A stretch of 64,000 nt of DNA. Source: Gemmatimonadota bacterium (GTDB lineage: Bacteria > Gemmatimonadota > Gemmatimonadetes > Longimicrobiales > Gaopeijiaceae). Positions 47,156 to 56,741 of this stretch are shown here, one piece after another (the stretch's first letter is position 1; each line of letters begins with the position of its first letter). Below the pieces are notes generated by a model. That model worked only from the letters and a program-made list of their open reading frames with translations, ran no database searches and had not been told where the DNA came from. The stretch is taken from contig JAXHMG010000001.1 of assembly GCA_034521595.1 (NCBI GenBank), positions 32,001 to 96,000 of the forward strand, in the 5' to 3' direction. A program made the position numbers and the translations under genes.

Positions 47156-48252
47156 AGCGCCGTCCCCATCACGGATCCGTCGTAGCCGGTGAGCGCCTCG
47201 ACCTGGTGTCGCAAAGCCGGCCTGCGTAGCTCGCCCAGGAGCGCTTCGACCGCCGGAAGATCGAGGAAGTGATCGGGCACGACGAGCTCGTACGGCTCCT
47301 CGGCGAGGGGGAGCATCGCGAGGTCGAGCGCGTCGCCCACGGCCCGGATCGCCACCCCGGCGTGGGCGGCACCCGCCGCGATCGCGCGTGCCACCGTCTC
47401 GTGCCCGTCGGCGGCGGTGTCCTCGAATCCGGGGATCGCCGACCGCTCCACGCCGCACACCTCGAGCCGCCGTTCGAGCAGGGAACGGCTTCCCGACCCC
47501 GGCTCCCGGTTGAGGAAGCGCAGGTCGGGCCGCGCGAGATCCTCGAGACGATCGACTCCGAGCGGATTCCCGGGGGCCAGCAGGATCGCCTGCTGCCAGA
47601 CCGCGAACGCGATCCGGGTCGAAGGAAAGGGGATCATCCGCTCCACCCACGGACCGTTGTATATCCCCGACTCCGGATCCTCCAGGTGCACCCCGGCGAC
47701 ATGCACGGCCCCGCGGGCCAACGCCGACAGAGCCGCACCGCTCCCGGTACGGAGCCACAACACTTCGAGCCCGTGCTCCCGTCTCAGCCGCTCCCGCACG
47801 AGCCCGAACGCCGGATCGCAGCCGGCCACCACCAGGTCGGGCTCGGGCAGACGCTCCGCGAAGGGCCGGACCCGGACGCCACCGTCGGAGACCGGCTCAC
47901 CGGTTCCGTCGGCCGGCACGGCTCCGTGCAGTCCGGCCATGGCCATGCCATACGCGAGCCTCCGTCCCCCTACCCTGGCCAACCGGACACGGGAGGGAAG
48001 CGACCCACCGAGGCCCGACCACTCGACCATCTCGCTCGGCGGGGGAGCATCGTCGAGGCGAAAGAGGGACTCGACCGGAACGCCGAACACCCGCGCGAGC
48101 CGGAGCGCGACTTCGGTGGATGGCACGGCGTCGCCGTTCTCGATCGCGGCGAGGCCTTGGCGCGTGAGGCCGACGCGGCTTCCGAGATCGGTCTGCGACC
48201 ACCCCACTTGGAGGCGGAGCGCCCGCACGGAGGAACGGAGGGGCGAGGTCAT
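47152..48252 (-). CDS. XRE-HTH plus periplasmic-binding-protein-like (molybdate) domain regulator
   Basis: WSQTDLGSRVGLTRQGLAAIE HTH; GCDP, HVAGVHL, FLNREPGSGSR, EEPYELV. Confidence 0.85.
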   Translation of the reverse strand: MTSPLRSSVRALRLQVGWSQTDLGSRVGLTRQGLAAIENGDAVPSTEVALRLARVFGVPVESLFRLDDAPPPSEMVEWSGLGGSLPSRVRLARVGGRRLAYGMAMAGLHGAVPADGTGEPVSDGGVRVRPFAERLPEPDLVVAGCDPAFGLVRERLRREHGLEVLWLRTGSGAALSALARGAVHVAGVHLEDPESGIYNGPWVERMIPFPSTRIAFAVWQQAILLAPGNPLGVDRLEDLARPDLRFLNREPGSGSRSLLERRLEVCGVERSAIPGFEDTAADGHETVARAIAAGAAHAGVAIRAVGDALDLAMLPLAEEPYELVVPDHFLDLPAVEALLGELRRPALRHQVEALTGYDGSVMGTAL

Positions 48253-48409
48253 GCCGCAATGGAATGTTTACTTACCGTATATGTCAAGTATACCCTACAC
48301 ACCACACTGCGAAGGCAACCTGAGCGTTGGAGCGGGAACCGTCTTCGCCGGCACGGTTACCTGCAAAAGGGCCACCGCGAGACGCCCCCCACGAGAACGA
48401 GGATCCACC

Positions 48410-48865
48410 ATGCGGCTACGGAGTCTGAAGGTCATCGTCGTTCCCCTGCTCTTCACGACCGTTCCCCTGCTGGCTGCTTGCGAGCCCGGTGAGTCACGGA
48501 CCGATCCGGGCACGGCCGACGGGTCCGACGTCGAAGGCCAGCCCCCGACCGCCGAGGCGCCCGCCAGGGAGCCTCCGGGCGCGGACCAACCCACCGCCGA
48601 CATCTCGGAAGCGGAGATCCGTACGGTGGCGCGGGTGTACGTGCGTCTCACCGAGATGCAGAGCGAGATCGACGGTCGTGCCCCGGAAGCGAGCACCGAG
48701 GAGGAGCAGGCCAGGATCGAAGAGGAAGCGTTCGCCACCATGGAACGGGTCCTCCAGGAGCACGGAATGACCCTCGAGCAGTATCAGCAGATGATGCAGG
48801 CCATCAACGCCGACCCCGAAGCCCGAAGTGCCTTCGAACGGATGGTGGCCGGGCTCGAGGGCTGA
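48410..48865 (+). CDS. DUF4168-like lipoprotein
   Basis: LAAC lipobox; ISEAEIRTVARVY...HGMTLEQYQQM...DP. Confidence 0.7.
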   Translation: MRLRSLKVIVVPLLFTTVPLLAACEPGESRTDPGTADGSDVEGQPPTAEAPAREPPGADQPTADISEAEIRTVARVYVRLTEMQSEIDGRAPEASTEEEQARIEEEAFATMERVLQEHGMTLEQYQQMMQAINADPEARSAFERMVAGLEG

Positions 48866-48916
48866 CCCGGGAGCGAGTCGGGGCGTCGACGACTACACCC
48901 ATCACGAGGAGCCGTA

Positions 48917-50236
48917 ATGCTGGTTGTCTTGGCCGAGATTCTCGTCGTCATGATGCTCGTGATGGCGAACGGTGTTTTGGCCGGCTCGGAGATGGCCCTC
49001 GTGTCCGCGGACCGGACACGCCTCCGCTCGCGTGCGGAGTCCGGTGACGCCCGCGCCACGGCCGCGCTCGAGCTCACCGAATCACCGAACCGCTTCCTTT
49101 CGACGGTCCAGATCGGCATCACCGTCGTGGGCGTCACGGCGGGCGCGTTCGGCGGCACGGCCCTGGCGGGAAGCTTGACCGAGGGGCTGACTGCCGCCGG
49201 GATGTCACCCCGGCGGGCGACGGGTATCGGGATCGCGGTCGTCGTCGGGGCGATCATGCTCCTCACCCTCGTGCTGGGTGAGCTCGTCCCCAAGCGACTC
49301 GCCCTGGCGAATCCAGAAGGCGCTTCCGTACGGGTCGCGCGGCCCATGCGGCTCGTGGCCCGCTTGGCTACCCCACTGGTCCACCTTCTGTCGGAAGCCA
49401 CCGACCTGGTGCTACGGCTCCTTCCGTGGAAGGTCTCCAAACAGCCGACGGTGACGGCCGAAGACATCGAGCGTCTCGTGGCGGAAGCCACCGCGTCGGG
49501 AATTCTCGAGAGGACCGAGCAGGACGTCGTACGGCGGCTCTTCCGTCTCAGCGACCGTACCGTGGACACGCTCATGACACCACGGGAGCGCATCGCCTGG
49601 CTCGACATGGCGGCCGCCCCGGGCGAGCGCCACGCCGGCATGATCGGCTCCGGACACTCGCGGTTCATCCTCTGCGACGGCGAGTTGGATCGCGTGCGGG
49701 GCTACGTGAAGGTGCAGGACCTCCTCGATCAGGGCCTGCGTGCGAAGGCCTTCGACGCGAAGGCGGTCCTACGTCGCCCGCATTTCGTCTCACCGTGGAC
49801 GCCCGCGTTCCGAATCCTCGAGCGGTTCCAACGCTCGGGCGATCACATCGCCATCGTGCGGGACGCCTCGGGGAGCGTGGTCGGTCTCGTGACCCTCAAC
49901 GACATCCTCGAGAACATCGTGGGCGATTTCCCCGAGCCGCACGAGATGCAACCCCCGAGTGCCGTGCAACGGACGGACGGCTCCTGGCTGGTCGACGGCC
50001 TCCTACCCATGGAGGACACCCTTCGACGGCTGGGCCGGCCCCGTTCCGCGGCGGGAGGGTTTCCCACCATCCACGCGTTCGTGGTTCATCACCTGGGTGA
50101 GGATCCGGCCGCGGCCGACGCGTTCGCCTGGGAGGGTATGCGCTTCGAGGTGGTCGACATGGACGGGAGCCGGGTGGACAAAGTGCTCGTACAGCTCGAC
50201 GCCACGAGTGACGCTTCGGACGCCCGCACCTTGTGA
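48917..50236 (+). CDS. HlyC/CorC (CNNM-CBS-CorC) family protein
   Basis: NGVLAGSEMALVS, FLSTVQIGIT, GELVPK, MTPR, CBS pair, DGSWLVDG. Confidence 0.92.
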   Translation: MLVVLAEILVVMMLVMANGVLAGSEMALVSADRTRLRSRAESGDARATAALELTESPNRFLSTVQIGITVVGVTAGAFGGTALAGSLTEGLTAAGMSPRRATGIGIAVVVGAIMLLTLVLGELVPKRLALANPEGASVRVARPMRLVARLATPLVHLLSEATDLVLRLLPWKVSKQPTVTAEDIERLVAEATASGILERTEQDVVRRLFRLSDRTVDTLMTPRERIAWLDMAAAPGERHAGMIGSGHSRFILCDGELDRVRGYVKVQDLLDQGLRAKAFDAKAVLRRPHFVSPWTPAFRILERFQRSGDHIAIVRDASGSVVGLVTLNDILENIVGDFPEPHEMQPPSAVQRTDGSWLVDGLLPMEDTLRRLGRPRSAAGGFPTIHAFVVHHLGEDPAAADAFAWEGMRFEVVDMDGSRVDKVLVQLDATSDASDARTL

Positions 50237-50325
50237 CAACCCGCGAGTGCTGGCAACGTCCGACCGGAGCACCGTGCTCCCAGGAGGGCACCGTGACTTC
50301 AACACACTGCCAGAGGAGACGGACC

Positions 50326-50643
50326 GTGCTGGTTCAGATCAACACCGATAGCAACATCGACGCAACCGACGCACTCGATCAGCGCTTGGAGGGGATCGTG
50401 GGCGAGGCACTCGATCGGTTCGGCGAGCAACTCACCCGGGTGGAGGTCCACCTCAACGACGAGAACAGCAACGCGAAGGGCGGCGACGCGGACATCCGCT
50501 GCCTCATCGAGGCTCGGCTCGGTGGACGCCCGCCGAGCGTCGTGACGCATCACGCAGCGAACGTGGAGCAAGCCACCGAAGGCGCGGCCAGGAAGATGAG
50601 GGACAAGCTCGACTCCGTGCTCGGACGTCTCGAGCGGCGCTGA
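50326..50643 (+). CDS. HPF/RaiA-family ribosome-associated protein
   Basis: VQINTDSNI, LTRVEVHLNDEN..KGG..DIRCLIEAR; GAGGAG Shine-Dalgarno. Confidence 0.88.
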   Translation: MLVQINTDSNIDATDALDQRLEGIVGEALDRFGEQLTRVEVHLNDENSNAKGGDADIRCLIEARLGGRPPSVVTHHAANVEQATEGAARKMRDKLDSVLGRLERR

Positions 50644-50681
50644 CGCCACGGGGCCGGCACGTGCCGGCCCCGTGGGCGGCC

Positions 50682-52124
50682 TCAGCTCTGTCCGGCCAAC
50701 GACGGCACGGGCCCGCCCACGCCCGCACGTCCCGGCGCCTCGTCCGCATCGACGACGTCGTCGTCCGCCTGGAAGACCTCCATGTCGGTCTCGCCCAACA
50801 CCCGGCTCGTGGCCGCCCCCGCCGTCATGGAGCCGCTCACGTTGATGGCGGTTCGCCCCATGTCGATGAGCGGCTCGATGGAGATGAGCAGCCCGGCCAG
50901 CGCGACCGGCAGGTTCATGGTGGAGAGCACGATGAGCGCGGCGAAGGTGGCGCCGCCACCCACCCCGGCGATACCGAACGAGCTGAGGGTGACGACGAGG
51001 ACGAGCGGCGCCAGGAAACCCAGCGACATGGGGTCGAGCCCCACGCTCGGCGCGATCATCACGGCGAGCATGGCCGGGTAGAGGCCGGCGCAGCCGTTCT
51101 GTCCGATGGTGGCGCCGAAGCTCGCGGAGAAGTTCGCGACCGCCGGCGAGACGCCCAATCGGCGGATCTGGTGCTCGATGTTGAGCGGAATGGCGGCAGC
51201 GCTCGAGCGGGACGTGAACGCGAACGTCAGCACGGGCCAGATCTTCTTGAAGAAGCGGGCCGGGTTGAGGCCGGTGAGGCCGAGAACGCCGGCGTGCATG
51301 GCGAGGATGAGGGCGAGCCCGAGGTAGGACGCGACGACGAAGCCCATGAGGCCGAGGATGTCGGAGACGTTCGAGGTCGCGACCACGCGCGTCATCAGCG
51401 CGGCCACACCGAAGGGGGTCAGGCGGATGACCATCCGGACCAGGCGCATGACCAGCCCCTGGAGCGCCTCGATGCCGTCCGTCACGCGGGCTCCGAGCTC
51501 CGGATTCTCCTTGCGCAGCCCCAGGGTCGCGATGCCCAGGAGCGAGGCGAACACGACCACGCTGATGATCGACGTCGGCTGTGCGCCGGTCAGCTCGTCG
51601 AACGCGTTGGTCGGCACGAACGAGAGGAGGAGCTCGGGCACGCTGAGGTCGGCCACCTCGCCCTGACGCGCCACCAGGTCCGCGCCCCGCTCGAGCTCCC
51701 GAGCGCCCTGCACCAGCCCGTCGGCCGTGAGCCCGAACAGCCGGGTCATCCCGATGCCGATGACCGCCGAGACGGCCGTGGTCAGCATGAGCACCCCGAG
51801 CACCACCGCGCTGATCTTGCCCAGAGAGCGGGCGTCGTCGAGCCGCGTCACCGCCGAGAGAATCGACACGAGCACCAGCGGCATGACGATCATCTGGAGC
51901 AGGCGCACGTACCCGCCGCCCACGAGCCCCACCCACGTCATGGTGTCGTCCACGACGGCGTGCTCGAGGCCGTACCCCCACTGGAGCGCGATCCCCAGAC
52001 AGATCCCCGCCACGAGGCTCATCATCACGTTGTTCGAGAGCGAGGTGCCACCCGCCTGGCGTCGGGCGAGCCAGACGAGGACGGCGGTAAAAACCGCGAG
52101 GTTCGCGAGGAGTGGGATGCTCAT
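50682..52124 (-). CDS. tcyP: L-cystine transporter (DAACS family)
   Basis: GYVRLLQMIVMPLV, SIISVVVF, FAFTSRSSAAAIPLN, FGATIGQNGCAGLYPAMLA, ISIEPLIDMGRTA. Confidence 0.92.
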   Translation of the reverse strand: MSIPLLANLAVFTAVLVWLARRQAGGTSLSNNVMMSLVAGICLGIALQWGYGLEHAVVDDTMTWVGLVGGGYVRLLQMIVMPLVLVSILSAVTRLDDARSLGKISAVVLGVLMLTTAVSAVIGIGMTRLFGLTADGLVQGARELERGADLVARQGEVADLSVPELLLSFVPTNAFDELTGAQPTSIISVVVFASLLGIATLGLRKENPELGARVTDGIEALQGLVMRLVRMVIRLTPFGVAALMTRVVATSNVSDILGLMGFVVASYLGLALILAMHAGVLGLTGLNPARFFKKIWPVLTFAFTSRSSAAAIPLNIEHQIRRLGVSPAVANFSASFGATIGQNGCAGLYPAMLAVMIAPSVGLDPMSLGFLAPLVLVVTLSSFGIAGVGGGATFAALIVLSTMNLPVALAGLLISIEPLIDMGRTAINVSGSMTAGAATSRVLGETDMEVFQADDDVVDADEAPGRAGVGGPVPSLAGQS

Positions 52125-52164
52125 GGGGAGCTCCGGAGTCGGGCATGCAGATGAAGGGGGAACG

Positions 52165-52192
52165 AAAAAAGGCCCTCCCGCAGGGGAGGGCC
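52165..52192 (-). terminator. Attenuator terminator in the tcyP leader
   Basis: GGCCCTCCC-CTGC-GGGAGGGCC-TTTTTT, ending 40 nt before the tcyP ATG. Confidence 0.9.
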
Positions 52193-52222
52193 GGACGGGA
52201 GAGCCGGGATGTCCGACTCGGT

Positions 52223-52321
52223 CTACGCGCTCGCGACTCCGCGCACGCGCCCGCCCGACGCTCCCGGGGGAGCGCCGCAACAACAACAGGAGGCGGTGGC
52301 GTTCGTGCGCGTGTGCATCAT
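52223..52321 (-). CDS. Poly-cysteine leader peptide (32 aa) MMHTRTNATASCCCCGAPPGASGGRVRGVASA
   Basis: TGT TGT TGT TGC at 52288-52277; overlaps alternative hairpins. Confidence 0.85.
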   Translation of the reverse strand: MMHTRTNATASCCCCGAPPGASGGRVRGVASA

Positions 52322-52327
52322 CACGTC

Positions 52328-52357
52328 AGGCTATACAGGTCGAAGTGGGTCCGTCAA
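52328..52357 (-). promoter_or_regulatory. Sigma70-type promoter implying a leaderless leader-peptide transcript
   Basis: TTGACG-18 nt-TAGCCT, then 6 nt, then ATG. Confidence 0.65.
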
Positions 52358-52409
52358 GGGCTCGGGCGGCCCATCGGGACCCCAGGGGCGGCAGGTGCAC
52401 GGCACTGCC

Positions 52410-53513
52410 TCAGCCCCACCGGAACCGGAGCCGCCCGTCCTCCTCCTCGACGCCCCCGCCCCACGGGCGGCTTTCCCGGTTCAACGTCCCGGCGAGCCAA
52501 CGCCGCTCCTCCCGATCCGGTCGCTGAAGGCGAAAGTCCCGGATGCGCATGGGCGTCATGACCAGCTCCTCCAGCGTACCGGAGGGCGCCAGGCGCGGGA
52601 AGTACATGAGGGTCAGCGAACCGCGGTACTCCTCGTGACCGCCGATCCCCTCGTAGTCGTTGAGGAAGTCTCCGGCGCCGTAGAGGATCAGGCGTCCCTC
52701 GTGCACCTCCATCCCCTTGGGGTGGTGGGAGGAGTGGCCGTAAACGACATCGGCCGCGCCGTGCTCCACGAGCCGGCGAGCGAAGAGACGCTCATCCTCC
52801 GGGATCTCGTATCCCCAGTTGCCACCCCAATGCACCGAGACCACGACCCGGTCGGTCTCCCGGCGTCGGGCCGCCACGTCCTCAGCGACCCGGTCCGCGC
52901 CCGACGGGTCCAGGGTCTCCAGGAAGCTGACCCCGGGCCGCTCCGGCCCGGCCTCCCACGCGGGGAAGACGCCAGCGGTGGGTGAGGCGTACGCGAAGAG
53001 CAGAATGCGCCCCCCGGGCGTATCCAGCACGACCGGATTTCCGGCGTCCTCCTCGTCCTCCCCCGCGCCGCAGGTGGCGATCCCGGCGTCAAGGACGCTA
53101 CGAAGGGTCTCCCGGAGGCCCTCCCGGCCCCAATCCAGGACGTGGTTGTTCGCCAGGACCACGGCGTCCAGCCCGACGGCGGTGAGGAGCGGAGCGTTCT
53201 GAGGGTGCATCCGGTAGTGGATCGCCTTGTCCGGCCAGGGCTCGCCGTGGGTCGTGACCGCCGTCTCCAGGTTCACCACCCGAACGTCCGGCGCCAGGGC
53301 CTCGAGCTCCTCCAGTGCGCTGCCCCACACGTAGTCGAAGGCCACCCTCTCGGGAATGGATGCGCCGGCCTCCTCGGCGATCCGAACGTAGGTCCGGGCG
53401 TCCTTCACATACGGCTCGTGGAGGGTCGGATCCACGGAGTGGGGAAGGACCTGGTCGATCCCTCGACCCGTCATCACATCGCCCGCCAGAAAGAGGGTCG
53501 TCGGGGCGTCCAT
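52410..53513 (-). CDS. CapA-family metallophosphoesterase
   Basis: LAGDVMTGRG, VNLETAVT, LANNHVLDWG, SVHWG, GHSSHH. Confidence 0.92.
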   Translation of the reverse strand: MDAPTTLFLAGDVMTGRGIDQVLPHSVDPTLHEPYVKDARTYVRIAEEAGASIPERVAFDYVWGSALEELEALAPDVRVVNLETAVTTHGEPWPDKAIHYRMHPQNAPLLTAVGLDAVVLANNHVLDWGREGLRETLRSVLDAGIATCGAGEDEEDAGNPVVLDTPGGRILLFAYASPTAGVFPAWEAGPERPGVSFLETLDPSGADRVAEDVAARRRETDRVVVSVHWGGNWGYEIPEDERLFARRLVEHGAADVVYGHSSHHPKGMEVHEGRLILYGAGDFLNDYEGIGGHEEYRGSLTLMYFPRLAPSGTLEELVMTPMRIRDFRLQRPDREERRWLAGTLNRESRPWGGGVEEEDGRLRFRWG

Positions 53514-53532
53514 CGGGTCCCCGCGGCCCGAC

Positions 53533-55926
53533 TCAGCTCACCGGTGGCGGCGAGACCCGCATGATGAAGAGCCCCTCACGCACGCTGGTGAAGATGACCA
53601 AGCCGCTCTCGAAGAACGGATAATTGCTCCAGGCTCCGCTCTGTGTGGCGCTGTGCCCCGGCTCGTCCTCGTTGTACGGGGCGCTGTCGAAGAACGCGAT
53701 CTCACGCGGGTCGGTGCGGTCGCTGATGTCGAGCACACGGAGGCCGCTGCCGTAGTTGGACTGGTACATGCGGTCGCCCTGCACGTACAGGTTGTGGTCC
53801 GAGGCCCGCACCGGACCGATGTACTCGTTCGCGACGATCGGGTCGTCGAGCTCGGTGAGGTCCCAGACGATGGTGCGTGTGCCCTCGACGTTGCCGGCGA
53901 GCTCGTCGAGCTCGTCGTTCATGTAGAAGTAACGCTGCTCGTCGTCGAACCATCCCTGGTGGGTGTAGGCCGCGCTCGGATAGCTCATGCGCGCGATGGT
54001 CTCGGGCGCCGTTTTGTCCGTCACGTCGGCGATGTTGATCTCCGACTCGTTGGAGCCCACGCAGATCTCGCGGCCGCGGTACCGCTCGTCCGGTCCCTCG
54101 TAGACGAGGCACTGCGCGTCGTGCGTGTAGCCGCGGCTGTTCTGGCTCTCGTCGTCGTGATAGCACCCCGCGAAGGTGGGACGCTCCGGATCCCGGGCGT
54201 CGACCATGTGGAGCCCACCACCACACGTCTGCCCACCGCCGTTCGCGCCCACGATGTAGAGGAACTGCGAGGCCGTGTCGGCGACGACGTTGTGGGCGCT
54301 GTGGATCTCGTGATAGGTCGTGTCGGGCTCGAAGTCCACGGGCTCGGCTCCCACGTCCCGAAGGCGCGTGAGATCGAACACCTGCATCCCGTGCGCTCCG
54401 GCTCCGTCCGAGACGATGTAGGCGTGGTTCCCGATCACCTTGATGTCGCGCCAGACGGACGGTCGCGAGCCGTCGGTGCGCGACAGCGTTCCCATGAGCC
54501 GGGGCGCCGAAGGCTCGGTCACGTCGATGAACGAGGCGCCATCCCGCCGGGCCACGAGCGCGTAGTCGCGGTCGGTCGAGGGGTCGGTCCACCCCCAGAC
54601 GTCGTTGACCCAGACGCCGCGCTCGCCGCCCAGGTCGCCGATCGGCATGTGTGCCACGAGCTCCATGTTCTCGCACGAGAACTCACCGAGCATCCCCTCC
54701 TCACAGCGGTCTCCGGCGCTCAGCGTCTCGCCGATCCGGAAGATGCGCCCCTCCAGAATCTGCTCGGAGCGCCAGCCGTCGCCGGCGCGGCGGAGCGCCA
54801 TGGCACGGCCTTCCCCGAAATCGCGCATGGGCATCCCCACGACCGCGCGGTCCTGCGCGGCCGCCAGGGAATAGCCGAAGGTGAGCGGCCACGAGGTGCC
54901 GCTGGTGTCGTCCGGGTCGAGACGGGCCACGGCGCTCCAGCCGTCGGCTCCGTCGGAGGTGAAGCGGTATACCCGGCCGTTCGAGCCGTCCACGCCCGGC
55001 GCCCCCACCCACACCTCGTCCTCCACCCTGGCGACGGAATACCCGAACTGGGTGCCGCTCGGGTCGTGGTACGGACGCAGCGTGCCGGTCGCGCGCCAGC
55101 CGTCCGCGTCGTCCCGCTCGAGCACGAAGACCGTGGCCGCGCCCGGCGCGCCGACGTAGGCACGGTCGCCGCTCATCTCGAGGGCCGCGCCGGCAGCCGC
55201 ATCCGGGCCGATGGAGCCGGAGGGGAGCTCGACCGTGCGCGGCGTGCTCCACCCGCCGCCCGCCGTACGTGCGGCCGCATACACCCGGCCCCGGGCCGAG
55301 TCCGCCGCCGGCGCCCCGATCAGCAGCCGGTCTCCTTCCCAGCGCAGGGTCCGACCGAACCCGGTCCCGTCCCCGCCGGATGCCGGCCGGAGCACGCCCT
55401 CGAGCTCCCACTCGCCGGCCGTGCGCCGGAAGTGGTAGACCACGCCGGTCCCCTCGGCGGCGGGCGCGCCGACGAGCAGGTCGTCGCCCGCGAAGGCGAG
55501 CGCGACTCCGTATTCGGTGTGATCCGCGTCCCGGGGCGGCTCGATGACGCCCGCCTCACGCCACGGGCCCTCGGACGAGGCGCGCTCGAACGCGTAGACC
55601 ACGCCCGAGCCGTCCCGCTTCCGCGGCGCGGCTACGACGAGCGTGTTGCCGTCGACGGCGAGCGCCCGACCGAAGTCGTCCATGCGGGAGGAGTCCGGGG
55701 CCGCCAGCGTCGCGTGCTCGCGCCACTCTCCGTCTCCGTCCGCGCGGTAGGCGTAGACCATGCCGGGGCCGTACCAGTTGACCGGCTGACCCACGAACAG
55801 GTCCGAATCCGTCATCGCCATGGCGCGGCCGAAGTTGGGCTCCTGGGCGGCCGCCGGCGGACTCATCAGGCACGTCGTGCACGCGGCGAGCAGGAGGGCG
55901 GCGGTCGTGAGCGGACGATTCTGCAT
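53533..55926 (-). CDS. Choice-of-anchor B family secreted protein with FG-GAP-like repeats
   Basis: Signal peptide; FG..A...VGAP repeats; NDVWGWTDP, WRDIKV, YTHDAQC, YTHQGW, GAWSNYPFF. Confidence 0.88.
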   Translation of the reverse strand: MQNRPLTTAALLLAACTTCLMSPPAAAQEPNFGRAMAMTDSDLFVGQPVNWYGPGMVYAYRADGDGEWREHATLAAPDSSRMDDFGRALAVDGNTLVVAAPRKRDGSGVVYAFERASSEGPWREAGVIEPPRDADHTEYGVALAFAGDDLLVGAPAAEGTGVVYHFRRTAGEWELEGVLRPASGGDGTGFGRTLRWEGDRLLIGAPAADSARGRVYAAARTAGGGWSTPRTVELPSGSIGPDAAAGAALEMSGDRAYVGAPGAATVFVLERDDADGWRATGTLRPYHDPSGTQFGYSVARVEDEVWVGAPGVDGSNGRVYRFTSDGADGWSAVARLDPDDTSGTSWPLTFGYSLAAAQDRAVVGMPMRDFGEGRAMALRRAGDGWRSEQILEGRIFRIGETLSAGDRCEEGMLGEFSCENMELVAHMPIGDLGGERGVWVNDVWGWTDPSTDRDYALVARRDGASFIDVTEPSAPRLMGTLSRTDGSRPSVWRDIKVIGNHAYIVSDGAGAHGMQVFDLTRLRDVGAEPVDFEPDTTYHEIHSAHNVVADTASQFLYIVGANGGGQTCGGGLHMVDARDPERPTFAGCYHDDESQNSRGYTHDAQCLVYEGPDERYRGREICVGSNESEINIADVTDKTAPETIARMSYPSAAYTHQGWFDDEQRYFYMNDELDELAGNVEGTRTIVWDLTELDDPIVANEYIGPVRASDHNLYVQGDRMYQSNYGSGLRVLDISDRTDPREIAFFDSAPYNEDEPGHSATQSGAWSNYPFFESGLVIFTSVREGLFIMRVSPPPVS

Positions 55927-56187
55927 GGAGGGCCTCGTATCGATGGAATGTGCACGCCTGAGAATTACCCGGGTGGCACGCTTCCGGCAACTCCCCCCAC
56001 CAGCCCTGAAGCAGCACGCGCGCGCAAACCGCGCCGGGCCCGCTCGGGACGCCCCGGGTGAACACGACGAGGGGTGTCGTGTAGGCAGGCGCACGAGTGT
56101 CTTTTTTCACATGCTCGTGGAGCCAACCCTTGCGGCTCCCTCGCAGCGCCGGAAGGGCGCTCGACGGGCGATCTACAGGAGCAGCGC

Positions 56188-56628
56188 ATGCGCGCATCCA
56201 CCTTCAAGGCCGCCTTCGTTCCCGCCCTCTTCGTCGCGGTGCCCCTCACTCTTGGTTGCGGCCCTTCCGACCAGGGGCAGACCGGAACGGGCGAGCAGCC
56301 CGGCGGGATGCAGCAGCAACCCGGCCAACCGGGGCAGCCCGGCGGGGGTCAGCAGCCGAGCGCGGACGTCTCGGACGCGCAGCTCGAGACCATGGCCCAG
56401 GTATACGTGGAGATGAGCGACCTCCAGGCCGAAACCGCCGCCGAGGCGGAGGGCGCGACGCCGGAGGAGCAGAACCAGCTTCAGGCCCAAGCGACCGAGG
56501 ACATGCAGGGCATCCTGGACGACCACGGCATGACGATCGAAGAGTACCAGCAGATGGTCCAGCTCCTCAACTCCGATCAGCAGATCCAACAGCGGTTCGA
56601 GGAAGTCCTCACCGACATCCAGAACTAA
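56188..56628 (+). CDS. DUF4168-like lipoprotein (paralogue of 48410-48865)
   Basis: TLGC lipobox, Q/P/G linker, VSDAQLETMAQVY...HGMTIEEYQQM. Confidence 0.75.
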   Translation: MRASTFKAAFVPALFVAVPLTLGCGPSDQGQTGTGEQPGGMQQQPGQPGQPGGGQQPSADVSDAQLETMAQVYVEMSDLQAETAAEAEGATPEEQNQLQAQATEDMQGILDDHGMTIEEYQQMVQLLNSDQQIQQRFEEVLTDIQN

Positions 56629-56741
56629 CCCCCCGAGCGCGGACCGTCCCGAGAGCGTCCCCTTCGTCGTTACGGCGTGGGGGGTGCTCCGGGGCGGGGC
56701 GAGCCCGGGACGCTGCGGTATCGACACGCTCCCCGCCACCC

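Noticed and set aside
48349-48366. Sigma54 promoter before the first DUF4168 gene
   Set aside because: Spacing is GG-N11-GC, not the required N10.
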